Source: Oopsacas minuta
Lineage: Eukaryota; Animalia; Porifera
Length of the DNA stretch: 64,000 nt
Assembly (NCBI GenBank): GCA_024704765.1
Contig: JAKMXF010000055.1
Span: forward strand, 1 to 64,000
Reading direction: 5' to 3'
In this document: piece after piece, positions 1 through 12,859 of the stretch
Layout: every line of letters starts with the position of its first letter
Numbering within the stretch: the first letter of the stretch is position 1
Made by a program: the position numbers and the translations under genes
Notes under the pieces: model-generated
Told to the model about the DNA's origin: nothing
The model's database searches: none
The model's input: only the letters and a program-made list of their open reading frames with translations

Positions 1-479
1 CGCTGATCAAAGAGAAATGGCCACTCACGGCGTGGTATCTTTTTATCGAGAGAGCAAAAACATTTACCTTCCTGAATTAGGCATTTGCAACTTGAGACAA
101 CGAACGAGACATTGAATTCGGAAATAATAGGATGTATACGGTTAGGTTGTTGCTTGTTTTGGATACTTTTTCCGTAGTATGTAGCTCTTCAATAATATCA
201 GAATTGATGTACTGTTTTATTTTGAGCTCTAATATAGTGGGTGTGGAAGCCAAATTATAGATACACACTGATACTTCAGTTAGTTCTTTCTCTATATCAT
301 CTCTAGTTGATTTAGAATCTTCATTTCTAAGCATCCTATAATGATTATATATCTAATTTTGTTGGAAGTTGATTTTCTGGAATGGGTCCTGGATAGCTAA
401 AAATAGGATGAAATACTTTATTACGCGTGTTTTCTGCCATTTCAAAGATAAATACATTTTAGGAATATAATCACTCAAT

Positions 480-2432
480 AATATGAAAGATTTGATCGAG
501 CATTGATATAGATACTAAAATTGACCATAAATTCCATGCTAGATAATGGTAACTAAGTTAAGAACAAGAGATAAGTAATGTTGGTAAAATTTCTTTGTGA
601 TAACCTATTGATGAATTTGGCTCTATGTAGAAGCATGGACAGTTAAAGCTGCAGAGGTTGAGTCGTCAAAATATGCGAAGTGCTAAATTGACACTCTGTT
701 TTTCAAGCCTAGATGGCCAGCAAGATTTTGCTGTTAATCGGTGGGCTGTTTTAGCGACAGAATTTTGCTGAAGTTTAAAGAGATTCCGAAGGTCTTGAAT
801 TGCTACCTTTAAAGTATATTCGTAAGATACGAATGAAGGACAGCTAATCGTGTGATTAGAATCGATTTGATTTATCCAATTATTTCTTACTGTTCTGATG
901 ATGTGGACAAAGTCGAAGATAAGATACAGAGGTCTATAAGTGTTTAATGGGTGGGGAACACAGCTTTCAAGATTGGAAGTAGGGGATAGTAACTCAAACA
1001 GATTCACATTCAGAGGGTAGTTATCTATACAAATAACTTGAATTTGAAAATTGCAACTTTCTATATCCTTGATAACTTCATGTAAAATAGGTAGTATTTG
1101 AGTGGCTGAAGATTTTGCGCAAGGTAGGAGTCGTGCAACTGTAGACCATTTTTTGCATAAACTTGATATCATAAATGCTAGAACTGTATTGGTTGCTTCG
1201 TTCTGTGTAGTCCAAGAGCAGAGTATTCTCCCACCTGTGTAAGAAAACTCTGATTTGACATGTATTTCATCCATGTGTAATGTAACATTCCTTTCTTGGT
1301 TATTGAAATTAGCAGTAGAAGCCTTCAAATATGTTTGCAACTCACACTCTAAGCCTATAGCTCCATAAAGACTACGTAGAGTTTTTGGGTGGGGAAATAT
1401 TAAACAATTCAAAGACTGTAAGTAGCTGTAGCATGTAGAAGATATCAAATGAGATTTTAGAGCTAGCACCATTGTAACAACATTGTACCATCTTCGATTT
1501 TTGGGAATTAGTGTCTTCTCAAGCTGGCACAGTAGAAATTTAAACTGGGATAACAATTCTGAATATTTCTCTAGCATATCGTTCGAAGTTCTTCTCTTCG
1601 AAATCGTGCTTTCAATGTTAGAAGTAGCTAGGGGAATACAGTTTTCAACAGGGTCCTTAGTGTATGCGGAAACCTCGCTGATGATGGTATCAATTTCTCG
1701 AATATCACTGAGATTGTGTTTTGTGAGAGGAATTTGAATGTTTTGACAGAAGCCTGTAGGTGTTATGGAGTCATTAATTTAAACATAAGCTGGTATATAT
1801 ATATATATATATATGTTTGTCTTTGACAGCTTTAGCAAGTTAATAGAAGTGTCATCTAAAAACCATTTAACCCAAGAAGGTAGTTTAAATTCTTCGAGTT
1901 ACATTTTAGCTCTCCTAATGATTTGACACCAAACTTACTATCCTCAGCTTTATTAAGATCAAGGCTCTGTTCTAAGGCTTGAAAGAACAATTTACTCTCG
2001 ATCTTCTTACGATCTAAACGTTCAGGCTTCGGGGAGGATGAGCTATGATACTTGGGACAACTGGGAAGAAGACAAGGTATAGCGTTCTTATGTAGAATTG
2101 GTCAGCGAGAAATTTTTTTAATGAGCCGTTAGGTTGAGGCATATCCTTTTCAGTGATGACATCTTCAGTACGAAATTGATTAAAACAAACAAATAAGTTT
2201 TTAGATCTTTAATATCCTGCCTGTGCAGAGCGCGTAGCCATTTTTCTCTAAGTTCAGAGTTTTGGGGTAATCTGAATACTGGTGTATATGGCTCCCCTGA
2301 AGAATTACTCCGGCATCCAGGTGCAGAGCAAGTGTTAGGCATCAAGGCTAATCAGTGATGAAACAGAATTGCAGAATAAGATAAAATTGTAAAATCCTAA
2401 ATAACGAAAGGCTTGGGAACATAATCTCGGGC
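480..2432 (-). mobile_element. P-element/THAP9-like DNA transposon relic (THAP domain plus P-type transposase), 5' end cut at N2433
   Basis: ORF 2118-2345 begins with a THAP motif (MPNTCSAPGC...VFRLP...REKWLRAL). ORF 666-1577 has P-transposase motifs (LPHPKTLR-like, LHMDEIHVK, IFDFVHIIRTVRNNW, KQSVNLALRIF). Frameshifted homology continues past 666. The left boundary is approximate. Confidence 0.85.
666..1577 (-). pseudogene. P-element transposase catalytic region (fragment)
   Basis: 303-aa ORF with the DDE-region motifs of THAP9/P transposases; ends at a frameshift. Confidence 0.85.
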
Positions 2433-2599
2433 NAATTATATATATACCTATATAAGAGAAGTGATTAAAACAGAATTTCAACAATTCAGATAATGTCAAT
2501 TTTGCATGTTACAATTATGGGTGAATTACAAAATGCACTTTAAGTAATCCATGGTAGGTAATTCTATGCACAATAGTCAGGCCTTATATTCCGTAGGTC

Positions 2600-3500
2600 A
2601 CGGTTTAGGATAGATTTAGAACATTTACTCGTGATTTCTTCCCATACAAATGTATAGTGAATTGCTAAATATCATTCATCATTCATTCTGAATTGATGTG
2701 AATCGAATAATTGTTTCATTGAATTCATCTTGACGAATATTTGTTGACTACCGATACCATTTAAAAATTCATTGAAACTGACCACTGTTGATCCGGCTGA
2801 ACAGTACTCCATTAACTTTTCACTTGTCCCAGAGTTAGAAATAAATAATCGATCGTGCGCAGCGACGAAGTTGAATTTTTGATGTTCATCCGTAGTATTA
2901 AGATTTTATAGATATGTTTCAAAGTTCCCAATATTCTACCATCGGATACAACTACTTCTGGATTATCTTTACAAATGGGGGAAGTAAAAGATGTAATATA
3001 ATCGAGATTGACCATCCTCAAGTAGACGTTCCAGCCGTGTTTCATAGTATTTTACTGGTAAACTTTGTCTGTTCCCTGTCCTTTGCAAGACATTATTCTA
3101 AGCTCTAAATGATAATAAATATATTATTTAGGCATCCAAAATACTCTAAATTAAGTTTATATTGACGATTAAGTGCATGAGGTAAGTACACTACAGCACA
3201 ATTATTACATGAGAAATATTTATTAGAATCTAATTTTATATTCAGAAAGTTGAAAAACCTTCCTAGCAGTATTGTATTGATAACAATAGCCAAGCCTTTG
3301 TTCCTAAATTAGAAGGGAAGTGCACCGATCACAAGCTGGGATTGGCAATGCTGATGTGCTTCATATACTGAACTGTCTATGTCTGAACGGTGATCTCTGG
3401 CCAGTATGTTAGAAAGGATAATACATCGGCGAATTAATGGAAGTTCGTAGCTTTCTGAAATTTAGGCAAGTTCCCGTAATCTCAGGGTCTACTCCATAAT
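2600..3500 (-). pseudogene. Cys-cluster (CxC)/KDZ (Kyakuja-Dileera-Zisupton)-associated transposase-like relic
   Basis: Joined frames read CNNCAVVYLP...YFGCLNNIF, HGWNVYLRMVNLDYITSFT(C)PICKDNPEVVVSDG and HDRLFISNSGTSEKLMEYC. These resemble the CxC-associated region of HMGXB3/KDZ-like proteins. Many stops and frameshifts. Confidence 0.55.
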
Positions 3501-4192
3501 TCAGGTATGTAACTTAATACCAAGTATTGGTGGTATTATATTATAATGAAGTCTCTAGCATTATGTTGAAGTTTATAGAGAGGTGACGAAAATAGGTTGT
3601 TTACTTGCTGGCAAGCGGTTTCTAAATATGTCTAAAGCAATTAGCAACCAATCACAGTAAGATATATTTACCTGTCGCCGCATTTCAATTCTGGTAAAAG
3701 AATCATCTAAATCAAATATGCACTTTGTTTCAAGACTAATGCGTGAATTGCGAGATTCAATTAATTCATCTGTTCTCTGTCTCTTATTAGAATTGTGTAG
3801 TATCTTGATGGATGTGTATGTCACCTCAGCCGACATTGCAGTTATAATTATTAATACAAGAAATGTGCTAAAGATACAATTCGTAAATATTTTTGATACA
3901 AGTAGAAGTATACCACATATATATAGTTTTCAACTTGATCAAATTATAGTAACAACGATAGGGAACCTTTGGAATTCATATGTTTGATCTAACAAGAGGC
4001 CAATTACATTCATTAATCCAGAAATGCATTCCAATTGGCTAGTAGTAATAAATTTCTATGTTTTTTGAATGTCTTTACATATTAAGTTACTCTGCAAAAT
4101 ACTTACAAACAGTCTAAATTTCAACTGAAAATTATCACCGCAATGCGCATGCGTACTCGACTTTTCAATACTTCCTAGTATATCTATATTTA

Positions 4193-5333
4193 CTACGGGC
4201 GTTAAATAAGTAGTCGTTATCACATTGTAATTCTAAATTTTTCTGGTATACTTGTGTAGTCAATGATGGTGTTTCTCAAAGTATTCCCCTTCCTGCTGTA
4301 AAACCAATTTCAGCCTTTTTATCCATTCGAAATACTTTCTTGTAGTCTTCGGTTGGTACACCTTTCATACACTGGAATATCGCCGATCCCAACTGAGCTC
4401 AACTCCCGAATTTCCTGCCTATAGATGTTTCTTAGCTTTGGAAACAACCAAAAGTCACAGGGAGCTAGATCTGGCGAGTGGGGAGGGTGATCTTGCTCTA
4501 CAACCTCTATAGCTTCCAAATTTCTCTAACCAGCTTTGTCTTGTGGTCAGGCGTTATCATGCAAAATTCGCAATCCACGAGTTCCAGTCTTTGGCCGTCG
4601 ATTTTGGTAGAATTTTCAATCTCTGTTAGACACTCATTGGTGTAGAAGGAGTCTGTTATTGTTTGGTATTCGCGGACACACAAATATGGCACACTGGACC
4701 ATTAGAATAAAAAAATATACAGTACATAACCTTCGAGTCCCGGAGGTCATGTCGAGGGATCATTGGTGGGTCCTGTCCTTTTGCCACCCATACTTTGTTT
4801 TGCTTCTTTTGATAAAGGCTCAGAATAACGTACCCAAGTCTTGTCACCTGCTGCTATCTTAAATAACCTTCTGGAGTCAGCTCGATCAAACCAAGAGAGA
4901 AATTTAATAGCCCATTGGACCTTCTTTGCTTACTGGGCCTGAGTTAGTACATGCGGCACCCATCGAGCACATTATTCGGAATTTCATATGATCATGTACA
5001 ATAGCTTGAGCAGTTCTCGTTGAGATCCAGACCGCATCAGCTATCCCACAAGCGTGATATGAGGGTCTTCTTCAAGTAACGCGGATGCATCAAGGATGTT
5101 TTTGTCACTGGCGCTGGATACGGGTCTCCCTATTTGAAGCCTTAAAATGTTACTATATTAAACTGTTGAAATATAAATAGGTGCAATAATGGAACGAGAC
5201 ATCAGAATAAAAAAAGCTTTGCATTATTGAATTCATAATTGATGGATTGTTATTAGAGAATTCAGTTTGATCTGGATCGAAATATTCCGACTTACAACAT
5301 TTGGAATAGTGACTACTTATTCAACGCCCGTAG
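4193..5333 (-). mobile_element. mariner (DD34D-type) transposon, degraded ORF, both TIRs present
   Basis: 23-bp TIRs with 1 mismatch (ctacgggcgttaaataagtagtc at 4193-4215; 5311-5333), TA on both flanks. Fragments HPPHSPDLAPCDFWLFPKL and KVMYCIFF. Confidence 0.9.
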
Positions 5334-5836
5334 TACATGTTACTGTCCAAATGAGCAAGGTTTTCTTGTACAAAATATAGGATTAAATGTTATGATTTAC
5401 TAAAAACCAATATTTTATAATTTTAAAGATATGTGCTATGGTCTGGTAAATAAATGAATATTGTATCTAGATTCATACTACGAATATTATACTTCAATTA
5501 ACTTCGAAATAAGTATTTACATGGTTTAATACAATAAATATCTAAATATACACACCATATACTATCAGGATCATAACAAAGAAGGAAATAATGTAGTAAG
5601 TATACTTCTAGAAACTCTATTATTTTCAGTGAATTAGTTGTCCCGAATAGATGACCAGTTGATTGAGGTGGTAATGAAAGAACCCTGTTTTAACATCACT
5701 ATCTGTTCTCGCATACTGTAGTGTCTGTGACACTTCGAGTTTGCAATTAAATTGCTTCCGTTTGCACTGGCAAGTCTTGGCCCAGCAATTGTGTTGTATT
5801 GGAATGAGACGCACGATGTAACCCCTGCCTCTACAG

Positions 5837-5935
5837 CAGCGTTTCTTAACCTTTTCATACCTCAGCACCCCCTGTAGTCAGTCTTAGCAATTCAGCACCC
5901 CTTACATTGAACTACAAGTACTACAGTGCCCCTCT
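5837..5935. repeat. hAT-like terminal fragment (CAGCGTTTCTTAACCTTTT plus repeated CAGCACCCC)
   Basis: Resembles a Charlie/Buster-type TIR with subterminal repeats; no partner end found. Confidence 0.45.
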
Positions 5936-6069
5936 GTAACTGTAACTGTTGTAACAAGGATGAAGTAAGACAAGTAATGCATTGTTTCATAATTGATTGA
6001 ATTTACTTAGATTACTCCATTAAAAATCTAACTCAATCAGAAAGAAAATGTAACCTTAGATATCAGGAA

Positions 6070-6157
6070 CAGGCTTGGACCGGGTCATAATTTCCTGACC
6101 CGGTATTCTCTGACCCGGTAGACCAGGTTGAAATTTCTGACCCGGTGACCCGGTTGT
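6070..6157. repeat. Probable hAT end with clustered (T)GACCCGG subterminal repeats
   Basis: About five GACCCGG motifs plus an inverted CCGGGTC within 90 bp, after CAGGCTTGGA. Confidence 0.5.
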
Positions 6158-6899
6158 CAAAACATTAATTTTCTATATTACATATCTATATACGTACATA
6201 AGAGTATATATGTTTATAAGTATACAGTAGTAATGATACCAAACAAGTTTNTTTCATGCTTTACTAACGATAGAAATCTTCATTATTAAGAATTAGATTA
6301 AATTTTTGGTGTTTACTTCAAGGTTGTAATATTTTGATGATTGGGTACTAAGGATTTCGAAGCTTCCCCCGCCAAATTCAAAATCCTAGATAGAACCCTG
6401 AACTTATATGTAGAAATTAATTTATGATCTGATTCACCCCAAATTTTGGATTGTGACCTGCATACTTCACTCAAATTCAGACGAAATATTGTTGCCAATT
6501 TAGTCCAACAACTTTTAATGAGCAGTTGTGTGCAGAAGTTTTCTAGTTTTTATATGCTGCTCACTATGCTTGCATTAATTTACGATACTTTCCAGACCTT
6601 CCCCAAGCCCCACAAAAATCTAGTATTGCAAGTGATCTTGAGAACCCCTGAATTCCTAAATGTATATGGAATTAATTTACAATTTATACTTTTCCATTAT
6701 TGTGTATATCTTAGAATTAATAACAAAGAAGTCTGTGTTCTTTTGGAGTTTAGTTCTTCAATCCGAGCTTATTCTGGAGTTGGTCACTAATTCTCAATTA
6801 CCAGAAAGTAATTTTCATACCAATTTCAGGAAGTTCAGGAACTGAATTCTGACAAATAAACATTCTTAAACGAAAAGATTTAGCTACCTGGGAAAGTAT

Positions 6900-7680
6900 G
6901 CTGTTCTACTCATATTCAATTGACAGTCCTCCAAAGAGGAGGCTTTCTGAAAATAAAACAATCTGTGAAGCCTAGATTTGAATGACTTTAGTCAACCACT
7001 CTCTAGTTCTCAGCGTGCTTTCGCAACAGCTTCCAATTTTTGAGTGATCATTACAGAAGGCTCATTTTGTTGGGCGAGCCAATGTTTGTGTTTGACAAAT
7101 CAGCTTTCCTCCTCGACCAACTTCAGATAGGAATGTCAAAATATAATGTGTTAAGGAAACTGTTAAAATCCGAAAACCTTATCATCCCTCCGTATTTAGA
7201 TGTGTTCCACTACCGTACAAAAATTTCAATATCAAATGTATTCCAGTTTATAATGAATCAGAGAGAGCAAGCTGTAGGAATTCGTATTCCATATGGTAGA
7301 ACTTTACAACTGACTGTATCAAGAAAACTTAAGATACTTTCGAAAATACATGAAACTCAATTTAATTGAAGCATTAAACATCAGATAGGTTAGACGGTCC
7401 TAGTTCTCACCAAGTCTATAACAACTTCAGGAAAGTCCCAGTATCAATACTCAAATTTCCTCTTACTCGCAGTTAAGATTTTCCCTATTCAAGATTACTC
7501 TAACCGTTAAATTTGAGTGAACCCAACTCTAAATTTCGAACTTTCAAATGATACCTATCGCATATTCACTATGATAAAAAACGAAGAGAACGTCAAACAT
7601 CCAATGGAATCCATATCAATCCGGAAACAAAATTGATAGAACAAGGATTTGAGCTTAACAAGGTGGGACAATGAGAGTGA
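6900..7680 (+). pseudogene. RAG1-like/Transib transposase relic (second family)
   Basis: DKSAFLLDQLQIGMSKYNVLRKLL..IIPPY aligns with DKALFLLDLLEVGRRKYTQLRQTL..HFPSY of the 34-37 kb element. SDRLDGPSSHQVYN aligns with ADGLHGSGCHTIYN. Cut by a repeat insertion at about 7680. Confidence 0.8.
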
Positions 7681-7689
7681 GGGTGTGCT

Positions 7690-7920
7690 AGTCCAACCGC
7701 CGGGTTTAAATCATGCTTTAAACCCCGTTTAGTGGGTTAAACCCTATTTTATGGTCAAAACTGGGTATTACACTGTGCTAACCTCAGTTAATAGGGTAAA
7801 CTACCTAAATTATGTTGCGACTGTAATTTAGGATTTCCATACTATAATTTGAAAACTGGAAACACATTAAATATTCAAAGTCTTGATAAATAAAGATCTG
7901 TAATCGTGCATTTGACTTAA
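7690..7920 (+). repeat. Dispersed non-coding repeat (MITE-like), related copy at 47770-48000
   Basis: Shares tttagtgggttaaaccctattttatggtcaaaactgg...aataaagatctg with the 47.8 kb copy. Confidence 0.8.
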
Positions 7921-9294
7921 AACCAGATGTTATTTAGTAAGAATTTTAGCATTCATTCCAATTAAATATATGTATTAAATAATATAAAAATAGAGTTTCC
8001 AAAAAGGGGAAATATACTTCTATAGTTTGCTTAACTTTAACCCGGGTTAAACTCCAACCCAAATTAGAGTTAAAGTAATCCGCACTAAATTGTGATGGGG
8101 AAATTTCAGGCACTCTTACATGTGCAGCAGGTGCAAATTATCAACTGTGTACAGGTATCTACGATAAAATACATGATCTAGAATTGGTTAAATTTGCCAT
8201 ACACATCAACCGAACAATTTCAGCTGCAAAGAGATATTTTTTCAAATTAACTATCCTGTGAATTCGAGGCACGTAGTGCTGAGTGCATTATGTCGCATAG
8301 CGACCAAATAATACTCTAAAATTTAGCTGTTAAATTAATACTTAAGGTAACTTGGTGCATTAAGCTATTGCGCAGCGATCTAGCAAGCGATGCGCGATAG
8401 TTATATGTTAAAACGAAGCAATACAAATAAAATTCGAAAATTCATTGACATAGCGTGGGGTGTTTAAATACAATGTGAACTCAGAATCAGAAATATAAAT
8501 GATATTTTGAATGATTGTATTCACAATCAGGAAATATTTATGAATTATTTTTTGGCTGAGCAATGTGCGATAATATGATCTTTCGATTATCCAAAATAGA
8601 CAAATTGCGTGTCAATAGTATAGATAAATTTAATGGACAAATAAGAGGTTCTAATGAGAAGTTGTACAAGGAGATCCGAAGACTGGATAATCTCACATTG
8701 CCTAGCAGTTTTGGCCAGCAGGGCCAGGTGTTGCCGACCCTGACTTAGATGAAGTAGTCATAGCATGCAAATGCAATCAAATCATTTGATCTCAAAAACA
8801 AATTTTGAGTTCTGGTGATGAGTTTACTCATCAAATGATTGAGTTAATTGAGTTAGCTCATCTAGATAATTGACTTGATATACTAGAATTTAAGATTTAT
8901 AATTAAACTCCACAGATCATATTAAAGTCAAAATAAATTATATCCTCAAAGATCATTAAAGTCAAAAGAACACAAATACTTAAAATATCATTTCAAATGT
9001 TCTTTTTGGTATAAAATGAACTTTTCATACAAAATTTATTAGTTATTGCATTAAGTATTTAAAATGATTGAATTCGTGCTCATCATACAAAATATGTTAT
9101 GATCTAATTGATTTAAATCATCTCACAAACTGAATTTGACTAATTATTGGATATAGACATATTGCTAACAATAAAAAAGGACAGAGTCAGTTATGGTAGT
9201 ACCAAAATAAGTTGGAAAAGAATGAAATATATACACCTTATCAAAAAGGTAAACAAAAATATGTATAAAAGATCGAGTAGAATATCAAACAGGA

Positions 9295-9903
9295 CTATAT
9301 TAATAAACATCCATCAACATTTCTTTTACTCCCTGTAGCTATAGATATAACATCCACAAACCACCAAATAACTATAACAATAGCCAATAGAATGACAATT
9401 ACGACGAATATGATCGTACTTATAAGAGAACAAGGAATAACAACATCCCTTTTTTTATGTGATAATTTGCTCTTCTTAACAAGGGTATACAAACACAAGT
9501 CCCAGAATGTGTGTAGATACACAATTGTCCACAAGATCACAGTTAGAAAAAGCTGTATACAACCAAGAACCCACAACTGTAAATAAAAATTTCCAGCACC
9601 AGCACCAGTTAAAAATATAGCATATAATAAAGCAATATTTCTATAATGATGGTTAGCAATTGGAACACAAGTGTTATTAGTAATTGTGAAACAAGGATCT
9701 AAAGAGCATTTATTATTTCGAGTATCTGTGAAAAGACAATCTTTGCAAATGCAGAAAGAATCAAAACAGCTGGATAAGGTTGTATTTTTAGGGAGGTTGT
9801 AAGGTAGGCAATCAGAATTAGTCGTGCAATGGTAAGGGTGAGAGAAAATTAAGGGCAGGTAAAATAGAAATATAACAATAATATAAATAACATGGAAATA
9901 CAT
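9295..9903 (-). CDS. TM2-domain membrane protein with signal peptide and Cys-rich ectodomain (single exon, about 202 aa from Met at 9903)
   Basis: Hydrophobic N-terminus (MYFHVIYIIVIFLFYLPLIFS), Cys-rich segment, TM2 motif ALLYAIFLTGAGAGNFYLQLWVLGCIQL, and C-terminal WWFVDVISIATGSKRNVDGCLL. ORF is uninterrupted. Confidence 0.85.
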   Translation of the reverse strand: MYFHVIYIIVIFLFYLPLIFSHPYHCTTNSDCLPYNLPKNTTLSSCFDSFCICKDCLFTDTRNNKCSLDPCFTITNNTCVPIANHHYRNIALLYAIFLTGAGAGNFYLQLWVLGCIQLFLTVILWTIVYLHTFWDLCLYTLVKKSKLSHKKRDVVIPCSLISTIIFVVIVILLAIVIVIWWFVDVISIATGSKRNVDGCLLI

Positions 9904-10211
9904 CCCTAATAACTGAGTACACCAGGAAAATATTGTAAATAGCAGGGGTTGAGAAGTGTAAACATTCGTATGTACAATAGACACGGATGGATTATGGATA
10001 GATAAATTTCAAGCAGAATTATGTGAATGAAGTTTCATATGGATGTTAATATTGATATTGGGCAAGAGTTACAAGATTCATAGAAATAAAGGACAGTAGG
10101 CTAGCAAACCGCATCAATACGACTCCCAAAGGGGCCGACGGGCATGGCGTGATAAGAACCCGTCAGGACAGGATAAGACGCCGTCATAATAATACAATTT
10201 TTAAAAAAGTA

Positions 10212-10385
10212 CAGTCAAACCAAAAGAAAGTGAACACCAAAGGGACCAGCCTAAATGTTACAAATCAGAGGTGTTCACTTTTATGACATTGTATGAAGAA
10301 ATTGAAACATTTCGCACCGTTAAAAGGTGGTCATCTTTTGAAAATGTTAACTCGTTGGAGGCGTTCACCTTTGGAGGTTTTACTG
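10212..10385. mobile_element. pogo/Tigger-type MITE, 174 bp
   Basis: Imperfect TIRs CAGTCAAACC...GTGAACACC and CAGTAAAACC...GTGAACGCC, TA on both flanks. Confidence 0.8.
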
Positions 10386-10964
10386 TATTTTAAGCTCATA
10401 ACTTATTTAGAGTAATTGGAGTTATTCTGGACAAAGCATTCAGAGAAAATATCTTTATTACTAGTAATGTACGCGTATATATTGATATATAACTGTGGCA
10501 ACTGAGGTCGGTGTTACTGACTTTGAAGTGATCTTGGTAAACTGTAGCAACCCTATGAAATGGTCCGGGTGAAATCTAACTCACCATAGAAACAGTACTA
10601 TAAGTATCAAAAAGTGGTCCGGTTAAACCGGATCAACCAAAGGCGCCCGCCATAACAGATATACAATTTTGTGGGCAGTATAGAAATGATTGCCAATGCT
10701 TCGATCAATACACTCCAATTGATGGTAATCATCTTAAAATTGTTTACTGTAAAATATAGTCAGGAAATGATAATTGTTACTAGAAAATATGACTATCACA
10801 TCGGAATGAAACGCTATATTGGTACAATTGCAGAATCTAAATTAGTAAAACCCAAACTTTTATATGATGACAAAATCGACCTATGCACAGTTTCAGAACC
10901 CGTTGAGTAATAGATAGATTGAAGATAAAACGATAATGAATGATATTGGTAACTGTAGAAAAAT

Positions 10965-11993
10965 GTGTTTTTGACTGTGCTGACTATACTTGAGTATAGT
11001 GGCCCAGTATTGAAATGGTTGCCTATATTATTATTATATATTCTCCGTAATGTCCTGCAGCCAAAATTGGATAGAATTAAGGTGATATATGGTGTGAGAA
11101 ATTTGAAGATATTTGTCGGGTGTGCTTCTCCTTTTTGCTAATCAATCGGACAGCAAGTGCCACTATTCCACACTGGTCAAACTTTTGCCTGGGCTCTAGA
11201 AAAAAGTACACAGGAAAGGTGGAAAATTTCAGACCTTTCGAAAGAGAAAAAATTCTACACTTTCGTACTCTTCTAGAAATTTTATACCGGTTATTGTTTT
11301 TTGCTTAAAGTAAATGAAAAATATTCATTTTATAGCACTATGTCATCGATAATAATCTATTGTTAAATATTTATTACTTCAAAACTAGATTTTTCTAGTG
11401 CCCTATATAATATGTATTCATTGAATATTCAAATGTTACCGTAGCTTTAATAATTTCTATTATACTTATGAATATAATATTTTTCCGATTAACCATGGAT
11501 AATTTCAAAAACATTTATTTTCCCGATTATATAACCTTTGAATATTCGTAGAAGATTGTTCTAAACAGTAAAAGGGGGAATTCAATACACTGATTCCGAA
11601 TTTGACACTCTTGAATTTGTACCCATCAAATCTCCTCCAGTATTCCCTTCTCTATTAATATTATTTAGTCAACTGATGATTATTGCGAACAAATTGAACA
11701 TTTTATGGACTAGATAATCATATTATTTAGTAAATTTATGGTTTGATGTATTTGAAATCCGAGCTAGTGAAGAAATAATATTCAATTACGTCCTGTGTCG
11801 ACAGCTTAGTTTACTCAAATCAATTTATTTAAAAATTGGCACTATTAATAGGAGGTATTATGTGAATTGGATTAAACCTGACTTTTCGTAGTGCCTCCAT
11901 TTAATTGTGCCACTTTTTAGACAAATTGAATTAATAAACTAAGCTGCCGGCACAGGTTGTAATTTTATATTTTTTCTTCACTGAACTTTTCAT
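10965..11993 (+). repeat. Unclassified ~1.0-kb interspersed repeat, copy 1
   Basis: Colinear with 51810-52846 at an estimated ~80% identity; no ORF or TIR seen. Confidence 0.9.
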
Positions 11994-12859
11994 GGTTTCA
12001 AGAATACTACAATTCAACCTGAAATCTTGATAGGAAGACGAGGTAACATGTAAATCTAGCACATCATAGAGCGAGTATTTCTCTCACATTGTTCGCTTTA
12101 TATTGTTTCCATGTAGTTGACGCATTCTGCAACAGACAAACCAAACGAGTGACGAATAAAATGTGACAATCACAGAGTAGCAATCTTGCACCTCAGGAGA
12201 AAGTAACTCTGTAATCCACATGTTAACGCTGAAATAGGTGGGGATGTCCAAGACAATTTCTGTTGGGACATAAACAAAGAGCGAAGACCTTAGAAAGTAT
12301 GCCTAGCTTGAATATTTGATTGCCCCTACGATTAAATAGTTCTTTGGTTGTGTGCACACCATCTATGTTGATCTGTATGTCATATATAGGATCTGGTGCG
12401 GGAAAGCCACGTCGTTAGACTGGATAACGACATCTCACTACACGACATTTCGCTACTAACTTGATTGGTGAATTGTAACTATTATTTTCTATTAAATTAT
12501 TCCCCTTAAATATTATGAAAACTACCCATATAGTATCCAAGATGTTGTTTAAATTATTGTCAAGCAGTTCAAAGTATTGCGTCTTAATTTTTGGGATATT
12601 TTCAAAAGTGAAGTAAATCTAATGATTCGAAACAACTGATGTTTATACACAAATTGCATGTAAATATCAAGTAATCATCATTCAAATCCGGAATTTGTAA
12701 ACATCATAAAGCACTTTTTGATGTCAATAAACTTCCAAATTCAATAAATACGATTGCTTACTTTGTTCAGATCATTTTTCTCAAACGAATTATGGATATA
12801 TGTTTATTGTATTTTGTCGAATTATTTCGCTAACACAGAGCGTCCTCATCAACATTCAG

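Noticed and set aside
77-334. 85-aa ORF as an independent gene
   Set aside because: No recognisable motif; probably a fragment of the P or CxC/KDZ relic, and it sits at the window edge.
5626-5868. Cys-rich ORFs suggesting a CXC or discoidin domain
   Set aside because: Short, overlap a hAT-like end, and have no convincing ligand spacing.
12000-12500. hAT-like CAH / LDIPT motifs on the minus strand
   Set aside because: Motifs are in different frames, poorly spaced and too weak.
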